The notes beneath the pieces were generated by a model. The model was not told where the DNA came from. It ran no database searches and was given only the letters and a program-made list of their open reading frames with translations. A stretch of 64,000 bases of DNA from an uncultured delta proteobacterium (GTDB lineage: Bacteria; Desulfobacterota; Desulfobacteria; Desulfobacterales; Desulfosalsimonadaceae): NCBI GenBank assembly GCA_963826785.1, contig CAWGYD010000010.1:32001-96000 (forward strand), read 5' to 3'. Below, one piece after another: positions 52,684-62,393 of the stretch. The number at the start of each line of letters is the position of its first letter. Position 1 is the stretch's first letter. A program made the position numbers and the translations under genes.

Positions 52684-54786
52684 ATGGATTATATCGAAAG
52701 AAAGATTAAGCTGATCGACCCTGATCATCCGTCCGGCGATGCGCCTGGTTCTCTTCGTATTATTGATACCAATCTGGATGCCCCTTCTGAAAACCGGCCG
52801 CACAAGAAAGAAACACCATTAACCCGAAAACAGCTCGTTAACAAAGTCAATCACACCCACTTTCAAAATCGCTCCATCCGGATCAACTTCAAACACATTC
52901 AGGATAACCGCATCATCTCCCTTGATGCTTATCCCCAACCCTGCTTCAGCACTTATATGGCATGTCTCTGGGCAGAATCGCCCGACCTGCGGCGTATTAG
53001 CGATTGCTGTGAATTTCAGGATTTCACCATCACCGACGGCCAACACCTGATTACCGCGCCAGGCATTCTGCGGGCACTCAATTCCCGCGGGATCTGCATT
53101 GCCCTGCCGGAGACCGGATGCCAAAGCAGCTGCCGCAAGGCCCGGCGTTTTTCATGTGAATCCCTTGAAGTCAGACTGATTCAAAACAGCGTGGTTTTTT
53201 CGGGTTCACTGGTCGATTTCAGTCCCCTCTCCTTTCGCATCGAAATCCATCCATCGCCCAGGGAACCTTTCCAGTGGCTGAATCTGAAAGATAAAATCAA
53301 CCTGGTGGTTTCATCCGGCGATGAAACGATATTTTCAGGAGAATGCCGATTCATCCGACAAAACGGAAGTCCCAGAAAAAGGCAGATCATCATAGAACCG
53401 GTCCATGATAACATCCAGCGATTCAACCCAAAGGTATACCGGAGCAAGCGCATCCAAATCAGCCCTTCCCCGGATATCCGCTTTACGCATCCACTCACCG
53501 GACAGAATGTCAGTCTGAAAGTGGTCGATATTTCAGGGTCTGGCATTTCAGTTGAGGATAATGAGGAGAATTCGGTCCTTCTGCCTGGAATGATTATCCC
53601 GGCCATGTCTCTGCGCTTTGCCAACAGCTTCAGCATGAACTGCAGGTCCCAGGTGGTATACCGAAAGTCCCTCAATGGCGCATCTAAAGAATCGGGGGTA
53701 AAATGCGGCATCGCCTTTCTGGACATGGACCCCGATGACCATATGCGCCTGCTGGCCATTCTGCACCAGGCTGAAAACAAGAACCTTTATGTATGCAATG
53801 AAGTGAACCTGGATGACCTTTGGTGCTTTTTCTTCGAAAGCGGGTTTATCTATCCCCGGAAATATGCCTTCATCCGTGACCAGAAGGACCGGATCCGGGC
53901 GACGTATGAAAAGCTTTATACTTCCCAGTCCAACATCGCGCGCCATTTTACCTGGCAGCAAAAAGGCGTTATTCAGGGGCATTTGTCCATGCTCCGATTT
54001 TATGAAAAAGCATGGCTGATTCACCACCTTGCAGCAGTGAAAACAGATGAGGGGGTGCGTATCGGCCTGGAGATGCTCAAGCAGATCGGATCATTCACCT
54101 ATGATTCCCACCGGCTTTTCTCAAGCCACATGGATTATTTGATGTGCTATTTCAGGCCGGAAAATCATTTCCCCAATCACTTTTTCGGTGGCGTGGCCAA
54201 AAACATCAACAATCCAAAATCCTGTTCCCTGGACACATTCGCCTATTTCCATTTCCATAAACCCACCGCACCCCAATCCGAGCCTGCTGTCGACTGGTCC
54301 TTGACCAAGGCCGTCTACGAGGATTTGGTGGAGCTGGAAATTTTTTATGAGCGCGTTTCCGGCGGACTGATGCTCAGCGCCTTCGATCTGACACCCGATG
54401 AACAAATGATGGACCGCACTGAACTTTCAGGGGAGTACCGCAAGCTGGGGTTAACCCGGGTGCGTCTGCTTTATGCACTGAAAGTCTGCAATAATTTAAA
54501 AGCAGTCATCATGGTCAACATATCCGATCTGGCCCTTAATCTCTCGGACCTGACCAACTGCATCACCATCTACATCATCGATTCCAAGGAATTGACTGCC
54601 GATATCATTCAATTGGCAGTTTCCCGGCTTTCGGATCAATATGACATGCGAAAATTTCCGACACTCATCTATCCGTCGTCGTATGCAGAAGCCCAATCCC
54701 TCCATTACGAAAAGGATTACCAATTGTGGGTGCTAAATACACACTTTTCGGATGATTACTTTAAGCAAATCGAATATCTCATTTGA
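52684..54786 (+). CDS. Multi-PilZ protein with a C-terminal GNAT-like domain
   Basis: RKARR...DFSPLS and RSKR...DISGSG PilZ-type motifs; CRSQVVY..CGIAF; C-terminal GHLSMLRFYEKAWLIHHLAA..MCYFRPEN has a GNAT-like pattern (fold inferred). Confidence 0.7.
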   Translation: MDYIERKIKLIDPDHPSGDAPGSLRIIDTNLDAPSENRPHKKETPLTRKQLVNKVNHTHFQNRSIRINFKHIQDNRIISLDAYPQPCFSTYMACLWAESPDLRRISDCCEFQDFTITDGQHLITAPGILRALNSRGICIALPETGCQSSCRKARRFSCESLEVRLIQNSVVFSGSLVDFSPLSFRIEIHPSPREPFQWLNLKDKINLVVSSGDETIFSGECRFIRQNGSPRKRQIIIEPVHDNIQRFNPKVYRSKRIQISPSPDIRFTHPLTGQNVSLKVVDISGSGISVEDNEENSVLLPGMIIPAMSLRFANSFSMNCRSQVVYRKSLNGASKESGVKCGIAFLDMDPDDHMRLLAILHQAENKNLYVCNEVNLDDLWCFFFESGFIYPRKYAFIRDQKDRIRATYEKLYTSQSNIARHFTWQQKGVIQGHLSMLRFYEKAWLIHHLAAVKTDEGVRIGLEMLKQIGSFTYDSHRLFSSHMDYLMCYFRPENHFPNHFFGGVAKNINNPKSCSLDTFAYFHFHKPTAPQSEPAVDWSLTKAVYEDLVELEIFYERVSGGLMLSAFDLTPDEQMMDRTELSGEYRKLGLTRVRLLYALKVCNNLKAVIMVNISDLALNLSDLTNCITIYIIDSKELTADIIQLAVSRLSDQYDMRKFPTLIYPSSYAEAQSLHYEKDYQLWVLNTHFSDDYFKQIEYLI

Positions 54787-54809
54787 TTGAATCACTTGAA
54801 AGAATTTAA

Positions 54810-55670
54810 ATGCGAAGCAAACAAATAGCCATTGCTCAAAATAAAACAGGAACAATTCCACAGCAGTATATTATGGAAAATGAGCAGGAAGCGCTTCGAA
54901 TGGAAATGAAGGCGGATGCCGAATCCATTCATCAGCAGGCAAACTGGGCCGGAATTCGACCAGGCATGAGAATAGCGGATATCGGATGTGGACCGGGAAA
55001 AACCACCCATATCTTAAGTGAGATGGCGCAGCCCGGAGGAAAAGCGGTCGGCATCGATTTTTCCGAAGATCGAATTAATTATGCACGCATGCATTATGGA
55101 ACCGAACAGGCCCAATTCCTGCGTCGCGATGTTCTGTCCGACCCTTTAATCGACATTGGCACATTCGATTTTATCTGGGTCCGTTTTCTGCTGGAATACC
55201 ACCGATCATCGAGTCGAAAAATCGTCAAAAAGCTTTCGGATTGCCTCAATCCGGGTGGCATCCTGTGCCTGATCGACCTGGATCATAACAGCATGAGCCA
55301 TTACGGCGCATCTGCCGCACTGGAAAAAGCATTGTATGAAATCATGAAGGAACTGGAAACGAAGCGAAATTTTGACCCTTTCGCCGGCAGGAAATTATAC
55401 TCATACCTGTACGATCTCGGGTTTGAGGATATCGATACACGCCTTTCCGCCCACCATCTGATTTTCGGCAAACTAAACGAAACCGATGAGTTCAACTGGA
55501 CCCAAAAAATCGAGGTGGCGGCCAAGCATTCCGGCTACGACTTCGGCGATTTTGACGGCGGATTCAAGGAATTCAGTAGCGCCTTCAAGTCTTTTTTCTC
55601 AGACCCCCGTCGATTTACCTACACCCCGCTGATCTGCTGCCGCGGGCGAAAACCGTTCGAGAAAATTTAA
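54810..55670 (+). CDS. Class I SAM-dependent methyltransferase
   Basis: IADIGCGPG, GIDFS, FDFIWVRFLLEY, LNPGG. Confidence 0.9.
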   Translation: MRSKQIAIAQNKTGTIPQQYIMENEQEALRMEMKADAESIHQQANWAGIRPGMRIADIGCGPGKTTHILSEMAQPGGKAVGIDFSEDRINYARMHYGTEQAQFLRRDVLSDPLIDIGTFDFIWVRFLLEYHRSSSRKIVKKLSDCLNPGGILCLIDLDHNSMSHYGASAALEKALYEIMKELETKRNFDPFAGRKLYSYLYDLGFEDIDTRLSAHHLIFGKLNETDEFNWTQKIEVAAKHSGYDFGDFDGGFKEFSSAFKSFFSDPRRFTYTPLICCRGRKPFEKI

Positions 55671-57622
55671 GATGCAGATGATAATTTCAATTCATCACGT
55701 CTGTCGATATGCATCTTTTCAAAAAATCGGATAAAGGCGTCCACGACCTGTGGATCAAAATAAGTCCCGCTGTTTTCCTTTATCATACCAAGGACTTCAT
55801 CTGCAGGTACAGGACGGCTGTAATACCGGTTAGCCGTCAAGGCTTCAAAATAATCGGCGACAGCGATAATCCGTGATCCCAGGGAGATTTCATCCTTCTT
55901 CAACCCCTTGGGATAGCCGTTCCCGTCATACCGTTCATGGTGAGATCCTGCGATTTCCGGCACTTCCCGCAAATGCCCTTCGAAGTTGATTTTTTCGAGA
56001 ATTTCCTTTGTCTTGTCCGCATGAAATTTCATGTATTCATATTCGTAAGGCGTCAGTTTGTCCTTTTTCTTGAGCATGGAATCCGGGATGCCGATTTTGC
56101 CATAATCATGTAGCAATGCAGCCACCCGGACGGTTTCCGTATATTCCTTGTCGATTCCCATTTCTCCGCAAATCCCCACCGCGTATTCCGATACCCATTC
56201 CGAATGGCCTTTGGTTACGGGATCCCGGGCATCGATGCTGGAAACCAGCACCTTTAAAACCGATTTCAGCTGATTTTCCTTGGCCTGGAGGTGCTCGGTA
56301 TGCCGGATACTGATGCCGATGAAATGCGATATGCCCATCAGCAGGCTGATATCGCTGTGAACCAGCATCCGTTTGGACCGGATATTGTCCACCGCCAGAA
56401 TGCCGATACTTTCATTGTCGCAGATAATCGGACAGCAGATGAATGATCTGGCCCCCATTTTTTGTGCGAATTCAACGCTTTTAACAGACAGGGCACCCTG
56501 AATCTCGTTAATGTCATTCACCAGAAAGGGTTTCTGCTGACGGAATGAAACCACGAAAATACCTTTGGAATTTGGATTATCCAAATGAAAAAACAGCCGC
56601 TTCAAAACCGTCAATTGCTCATCGCTGTATCCGAATCCCGCCCTGAACTTTAGCCGTTTTGTGTCCTCATCCGCCAGCATGATCATTCCCCGATCGAAGT
56701 CCAGGCGATTCTTAAGCACCCGCACCACTTCTCCCAGTACATCTTCAAGATCGGTCATACGATTAACAATCTGGCCGATTTCCCGGGTGATCACCCGATT
56801 GTTATAATTGATTTCGATCTGATTGACCAGTTCATCACTCGATTCCTTGAGATTCTGCAGGGCGGCATCGAGACTGAGTTTGTCGATTTTTTCACTTCCC
56901 CAGGACATTGCCAGAATGATAATGGCAAAAACCAGGAAAAAAGGGAGCAGCGACTGGAACGGGAAAAAGAAAATTGCCCCCATGCTGACCAGAAAGAATA
57001 AGAGAGCAGCATAATTGGTAAAAATCTTAAAATATACCGCTAATGTTTTTTCCCAGGAGATGACATATCGACAGACGCTGTCACCCTTGAACATGCATTC
57101 CGGATGGTCAATAACGGGAGATTTGTTGATAAAAGCCATCGTTATGGCATCAAAAAAACCCTTCCGGTTTTCGCACTGAAAGGGCTTTTCCTTGATTCCC
57201 TCATAGGGCGTGACGGTGATTTCGACTTTATTGGCGGCCAGCATTTTCGCATCGTACCGGGCCGAACGGGTGAAATTCGCCGAAGCATTTCCAATCAACC
57301 TGTATGCTTTTGCCGGCGTGGCCAGCCCCAGCATATACTGACGCATCACGCCGATGGTCTCCGGAGATGCCGCATAACGTCCGGCCTCCCGGGCCATGTT
57401 TTCATTCCGGGTGAGCGCCACCAGCCGCTCGTAAAACCGGTCCACCTGGTTCTGGTTAAACCAGTGGCCCTGATCGTTGACTTCCTGGGGCTTCATCCGG
57501 GCATAATTGAGCAACTGGCTGATATTGATATCCGGATATTTTTTCCGGACCAGTTGAATGTAAGGCTGGATAATTCTGCTGTTATAAAGCGGCTGGTCGG
57601 CAATAAACTCGGAATTTGACAT
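55667..57622 (-). CDS. HD-GYP phosphodiesterase with a V4R-like N-terminal domain, two TM helices and a GAF domain
   Basis: TKGHS, LLHDYGKIG, HHERYDGNGYP, IAVAD; GAF (FDRG..CPI..IGILAVDN); QCENRKG..HPECMFKGDSVC; GAGG RBS. Confidence 0.88.
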   Translation of the reverse strand: MSNSEFIADQPLYNSRIIQPYIQLVRKKYPDINISQLLNYARMKPQEVNDQGHWFNQNQVDRFYERLVALTRNENMAREAGRYAASPETIGVMRQYMLGLATPAKAYRLIGNASANFTRSARYDAKMLAANKVEITVTPYEGIKEKPFQCENRKGFFDAITMAFINKSPVIDHPECMFKGDSVCRYVISWEKTLAVYFKIFTNYAALLFFLVSMGAIFFFPFQSLLPFFLVFAIIILAMSWGSEKIDKLSLDAALQNLKESSDELVNQIEINYNNRVITREIGQIVNRMTDLEDVLGEVVRVLKNRLDFDRGMIMLADEDTKRLKFRAGFGYSDEQLTVLKRLFFHLDNPNSKGIFVVSFRQQKPFLVNDINEIQGALSVKSVEFAQKMGARSFICCPIICDNESIGILAVDNIRSKRMLVHSDISLLMGISHFIGISIRHTEHLQAKENQLKSVLKVLVSSIDARDPVTKGHSEWVSEYAVGICGEMGIDKEYTETVRVAALLHDYGKIGIPDSMLKKKDKLTPYEYEYMKFHADKTKEILEKINFEGHLREVPEIAGSHHERYDGNGYPKGLKKDEISLGSRIIAVADYFEALTANRYYSRPVPADEVLGMIKENSGTYFDPQVVDAFIRFFEKMHIDRRDELKLSSAS

Positions 57623-57802
57623 CCGGGCAATCCTCGCCTTAAAATAAATAAAGGTAATCAGCGGATGAATATCCATACCATATCTGGCGAGATTTGCAAT
57701 CCGTATAAAACAGATCGATCCTGCAAATCAGATGGGAAATTTTTAAGAAATATTTCTCTTTATTCCCGGCTTTGGATTAAATGAATTTTCAGGCAGGCGG
57801 TG

Positions 57803-58903
57803 TCATTTATCATGAAGCCGGCAATTCTTTCGGGCACTTTCTGCCAGCATACGCGGCAGCCCCCCCTTTTCCGCCGGTAAAAACCCCATGGCCTTTTCCC
57901 AGACCTCATCATCTTCCATACAGAAATAAAGGGTCAGGTGAGGGTTTGCCTTGCGCAGCCGGGCGATGATACGGCGATACAATTGGATTCTTATCGGTTT
58001 GAAATACCGCATTTTATGATCGAGTCCGCGGATAAACTCCCCGTAAGCGATTGTTGAGGTTTTAAATCGCTTTTCGATTATCGGCTTTAAATCCGGCATG
58101 AACCTCAGTGAACCCAAACTGATCCAGGCGATATTTTCCGGAGATACATGCGAGAAGAGGAGATCAATCACTTCTTCATATTCTTCGGCGGCTCCCGGAT
58201 AGATGATCATGGGATCAAAATGGAAACCCAGGGGATATCCCATGGCTTCGCATCTGGCAGCCGCCCGGAATCGGTTCATCAGGCCTGCCGTTCCCCTCTC
58301 TTCGCTTTTGATGATGCGGGGCGTATTCAAAGACCAGGACATGATGGTCTTTTTGTGATGATCCAGATCCAACAGGTGGTCAATGCAGGTGGTTTTTGTC
58401 TTGATCTCCAGTGCGCTCCGGTCCTGCTGGGAAAAACGGGTGATCAATTTTTGGGAAATGGGATAAATATTTTCCCATACCAGGCTGTCCGTGTATTCTC
58501 CGGTCCCTACCCGGGAAATTTCATTTTGGACAAACAGGTGATCAAGGGCGGCATCCAGGTCTTCATGATTGACAAAGAACTGCATGAGGGGCGGATGAAA
58601 AAACGACTGAAGGATGCAGTAGGCGCAGTCCATGGGACAAAATGTCCCGATGTGCAGGATCTTGTATTGGCAGCAGACATACTGGCGGGTTCCGGGGCAG
58701 TCCCGGATAAAAGCCCCCTGGTTCCGGGTCAAAAGCAGGGTCTGTTTAGCCTCAGAAATTGGATCATCGGTTTTTGCAACCGCTTCATAGGCGATTTCAG
58801 GGGATCCGATAATGGCAGCCGGGGCATCGAGTCTGCTCAGGATGCTCGAAACAATAGGAGAATCCGCAACCTGGTGATCAATATAAATCTGCTTGATCTG
58901 CAA
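57803..58903 (-). CDS. Radical SAM protein of the spore photoproduct lyase (SplB-like) family
   Basis: CPMDCAYC, GEYTDSL, EIKTKT, SWSLN, FHFDP, YFCME. TTG start at 58903 is inferred. Confidence 0.85.
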   Translation of the reverse strand: MQIKQIYIDHQVADSPIVSSILSRLDAPAAIIGSPEIAYEAVAKTDDPISEAKQTLLLTRNQGAFIRDCPGTRQYVCCQYKILHIGTFCPMDCAYCILQSFFHPPLMQFFVNHEDLDAALDHLFVQNEISRVGTGEYTDSLVWENIYPISQKLITRFSQQDRSALEIKTKTTCIDHLLDLDHHKKTIMSWSLNTPRIIKSEERGTAGLMNRFRAAARCEAMGYPLGFHFDPMIIYPGAAEEYEEVIDLLFSHVSPENIAWISLGSLRFMPDLKPIIEKRFKTSTIAYGEFIRGLDHKMRYFKPIRIQLYRRIIARLRKANPHLTLYFCMEDDEVWEKAMGFLPAEKGGLPRMLAESARKNCRLHDK

Positions 58904-59864
58904 TTTCTTTGTTGATGATCCGCATAAATTTGGGGTTATGAATAAGAGATGCGATATATTTCTGCTGTTGTTGCAATTGGGGCAGGTTCTCAAAATTCAA
59001 TATCAGGCAGAACCGGGACCCTTCAAAGTTTTCAGGCGGCACCAGTTTCAGTCCCTCCGGAAATTCAAGATCTGAAACCAATTGCTGATATTGCTGCTCC
59101 CACAAGCTGATCGTCGGATATCGGCGTTTTTTTAATAAATATCGGAAACCATTGATTTTGTCCCGGCGGCTGATCTCGGGATGAGCGATCAACCGGGAAG
59201 CGGCCGCCTCCCGGATAAGGGAGGCAACCGTTGTCGACTCGACCGCAGCCGTTTCTGTCAGCAGGGTAAAGAGCTCCTTCTGCTGACTGACCGTTGGTTT
59301 CAACTGATCAAGGAGATCTACCAGCAAATCTGCGGAGACCCGATCCAGTCGATCCAGTTTCAAAATGATGTCCAGCGTGACGGTCTCAGTCGCCGCTGCC
59401 TGCTGAAATTTTTCTTCCAACCGGATCAACTGCCGTAATTTGGCAACAAAAGGCGGATTCAAAGAAAGCCCCCAGCCGTGGATATCCCTGCAGAGTGCTG
59501 TGTCATTATCATAGAAAGGAGAAATTCTGGAGATCGCGCGGGCCTGTTCGACAATATTCAAGCGGCGATGATATGCATTTTCGGCAATGGCGAGCCGAAG
59601 ACCCTCGAGCGGATGGGTATCCGCCGGGAGCAGACGCGCATCGATATTCGACCAGCCCAGGCGCTTGCACGCGGCGATCCGCCGGAAGCCGGCGACGATG
59701 ACATGCCGGCCTGTTGTCTCCTGCAGAACGGGCGGTGTGATCAGCCCGATGCGTGAAATGGATTCGACAAGATCATCAATCGAATTTTCGCTCGAGATCT
59801 TAAATCGGAGATCCGCTTCGGATACATGGTGCAGATCAACCGTTTCAGACCTGATTCGATCCAT
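58878..59864 (-). CDS. ParB/Srx N-terminal domain protein
   Basis: [35 protein letters not shown]. Confidence 0.85.
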   Translation of the reverse strand: MDRIRSETVDLHHVSEADLRFKISSENSIDDLVESISRIGLITPPVLQETTGRHVIVAGFRRIAACKRLGWSNIDARLLPADTHPLEGLRLAIAENAYHRRLNIVEQARAISRISPFYDNDTALCRDIHGWGLSLNPPFVAKLRQLIRLEEKFQQAAATETVTLDIILKLDRLDRVSADLLVDLLDQLKPTVSQQKELFTLLTETAAVESTTVASLIREAAASRLIAHPEISRRDKINGFRYLLKKRRYPTISLWEQQYQQLVSDLEFPEGLKLVPPENFEGSRFCLILNFENLPQLQQQQKYIASLIHNPKFMRIINKEIADQADLY

Positions 59865-60747
59865 GGCCGTCGACCAGCGCGGTTAACGCCTCTTTGTATT
59901 TCATATGGGTATTTTGAATCACTTCGGGCGGAAGTTTGGGGGCGGGCGGACTCTGATTCCAGTCCAGCGACAGGAGATAATCCCTGAGATATTGTTTGTC
60001 GTAGCTTTTCTGTGGGCCGCCGGGCACGTAGGCAGATTTTGGCCAGAACCGGGATGAATCGGGCGTCAGAACTTCATCAATCAGGATCAGCGATTCACCG
60101 TCAAATCCGAATTCGAATTTGGTATCGGCGATAATGATGCCTTTCTGCTCGGCGATCTGCGCACCTTTCAGATAAATGGCAATGCTGAGATCCCGAACTT
60201 TCTCGGCGGTTTCACGACCGATCAGATCGACGGTCTGTTGAAAATCGATATTGATATCATGACTTCCCAGTTCTTCCTTTGTGGACGGGGTGAAGATGGG
60301 CTCGGGCAGCCGGTCGGATTCCCTGAGACCCTCCGGAAGCCGGATGCCGCAGATGTCACCGCTTTTGCGGTAGGATTTCCAACCGGACCCGGAAATATAT
60401 CCGCGAACCACGCATTCCACCGGCAGCGGTCTTGTTTTTTTGACCAGCATGCTCCTTCCCCGGAGAATGTCTGCATAAGGTTTGCATACCTCCGGAAACG
60501 CATCCACCTCACTGGAAATCAGATGATTGTCCACCAGCGATTTCATCAGATCGAACCAGTAGACGGATATGGAGGTGAGAATGCTTCCCTTTTCCGGAAT
60601 CGGGTCATTCATGATCACATCGAATGCGGAAATCCGGTCCGATGCCACCAGCAGCAGTTCGTTCCCCAGATCATATATATCCCTGACCTTGCCCCGCTTG
60701 AGCAGGTTCAACTGGGGGAAATGAGTTTCAAATACCGGTTTTTTCAT
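59845..60747 (-). CDS. purC: SAICAR synthase
   Basis: [54 protein letters not shown]. Confidence 0.98.
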   Translation of the reverse strand: MKKPVFETHFPQLNLLKRGKVRDIYDLGNELLLVASDRISAFDVIMNDPIPEKGSILTSISVYWFDLMKSLVDNHLISSEVDAFPEVCKPYADILRGRSMLVKKTRPLPVECVVRGYISGSGWKSYRKSGDICGIRLPEGLRESDRLPEPIFTPSTKEELGSHDINIDFQQTVDLIGRETAEKVRDLSIAIYLKGAQIAEQKGIIIADTKFEFGFDGESLILIDEVLTPDSSRFWPKSAYVPGGPQKSYDKQYLRDYLLSLDWNQSPPAPKLPPEVIQNTHMKYKEALTALVDGHGSNQV

Positions 60748-60784
60748 ATATCAGATTTATCCATTTCATCATCATATTGTTGGG

Positions 60785-61138
60785 TTAGTCGCCGTATTGT
60801 TTCTGAAATTCCCGTATGTATTTTTTCAGTACCGTCAGCGCTTCGGGACGGACTTCGATAAACTCGATGCCGGATTCAAACATTTTGTCATCGGCGCCAC
60901 GATTGGTATAAACCACTTTGCCCTTGATATCCACCAGTTCATCTTCGATGCCTAAAGAAAGGAATACCAGATACTTGGTTTCCACGGGCTCATGGGTCTC
61001 AAGCTGCAGACCGGTTTGGCTGATATTGAGCGTACGGCCCATTCCCTGCCGCCACTCTTTTCCGTCAGAATCCAGGCATACATAGGAAAGCAGGTTCAAG
61101 GAATCGTATCGCTCATGTTTCCGCTTGTTGTCAGTCAT
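60785..61138 (-). CDS. Stand-alone PilZ domain protein
   Basis: Canonical RKHER and NISQTG motifs; GIEF; AGGAG RBS. Confidence 0.9.
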   Translation of the reverse strand: MTDNKRKHERYDSLNLLSYVCLDSDGKEWRQGMGRTLNISQTGLQLETHEPVETKYLVFLSLGIEDELVDIKGKVVYTNRGADDKMFESGIEFIEVRPEALTVLKKYIREFQKQYGD

Positions 61139-61208
61139 GGTTTACTCCTTGTTTTGCGAAAAATAATTATTCGTTTTGAAATCCACAACCCGCTATCCGT
61201 TAAAACGG

Positions 61209-62387
61209 CTAATCGTCCGATGCGTTCTTCAGCAGGTCCACTACCCGTCCCGTGGTTACGGAAGTACATATCGATGTGTGCTGAATCATATTTCTCAACG
61301 TTTCCGAAAGACTGTCATATTCTTCCTTGATATCGGTCAGGTCGATGGGTTCTGCGGCAAAATCATCGGAAACAAACACAGACGCCGAATGCGGCTCATG
61401 GGAAGTATTTAGAAACGGGATATGGCCAACCACATCGTCTTCCTCAAGAGTGCAAATGTCAACGAACTGGCGTTTCATCTTCCTCAATATGCGCGCTTTT
61501 CCGGATCTGATCTGAAAGACGGAATCATTTTTTTCACTTACCCCGGCAAATGGTTTCATGCCTTTGGGGACATCGATCTGATTGGCTTTATGAACGATGG
61601 CATCCGCACAGGTGTTGGTAAGGTCCTTCAGGCGTTTATCAAGGGATGCGAGAATCCCTCTGAACTTTGCGGACATGCCGGAAACTTCTCGAAAAATGCG
61701 CTCATAGTCGATGACGCCGAGCTGCACCCGGCTCCTGGCAATCACCGTGGCGCTTCGGATATTGACTTTTTCAAACAGTGCGCCGATGCTTCCGATAAAC
61801 GCCCCGTCGGTCAGTTTGACAATGCTGACCCGGCCCTCCGGCAATGCCCTGAAAACTTCGACTGTCCCCTGCAGAACGACCCACAGCCAGCTTCCGTATT
61901 TTTCCTGAATGACGATCTCTTTGCCCTCAGAAAATTCCTCTTCATCCACGACATAGATATAGTCTACCAAAGGGCCGCGGATAATGGGCACATTCGCCTC
62001 ATCTTTGGTGACCAGGGCGGACCGGGTCGGCAGGGTCTGGCGGCCGAGTTTTTCGATGACACCGTCATCCACCATGCGGAGCCCATCCAGGATGATTTCC
62101 ATCCGGTTTTTACGGATCAGTTTTTCCGTGCTGACCGGCTCATTGGTAAATTCAAAGGTGGCGTCCACCCATCCGAAAAATGCATTGAGGGCATCGATGC
62201 CTCTTTTCTCTCCCATCTCGGCATTTATTGGATTCCCTTCATTTAAGTAGATGTATCCGGGGGCTTCCGCATAAATGCTGGTCAGCTTGATTGTGCCCGT
62301 GCTTCCGCTTCCGCCCAGAAGCTGCAGCAGTTCACCGAGGCCGATAAAATTGAGACTTCCCTTGAACACGACATTTGAAATCGTCAT
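61209..62387 (-). CDS. DUF4388 (PatA-N-like) protein with two cyclic-nucleotide-binding-type domains
   Basis: FKGSL..IGLGELLQLL..TG..ILDGLRMVD; VVLQGTVEV..GAFIG..RSATV; second repeat IRSGKARI..VVGHIPF..HSASV. Confidence 0.8.
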   Translation of the reverse strand: MTISNVVFKGSLNFIGLGELLQLLGGSGSTGTIKLTSIYAEAPGYIYLNEGNPINAEMGEKRGIDALNAFFGWVDATFEFTNEPVSTEKLIRKNRMEIILDGLRMVDDGVIEKLGRQTLPTRSALVTKDEANVPIIRGPLVDYIYVVDEEEFSEGKEIVIQEKYGSWLWVVLQGTVEVFRALPEGRVSIVKLTDGAFIGSIGALFEKVNIRSATVIARSRVQLGVIDYERIFREVSGMSAKFRGILASLDKRLKDLTNTCADAIVHKANQIDVPKGMKPFAGVSEKNDSVFQIRSGKARILRKMKRQFVDICTLEEDDVVGHIPFLNTSHEPHSASVFVSDDFAAEPIDLTDIKEEYDSLSETLRNMIQHTSICTSVTTGRVVDLLKNASDD

Positions 62388-62393
62388 AAAATC

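Noticed and set aside
58878..59864. ParB gene as the chromosome or plasmid partition locus
   Set aside because: No parA, no parS palindrome noticed, and no origin-region genes nearby.
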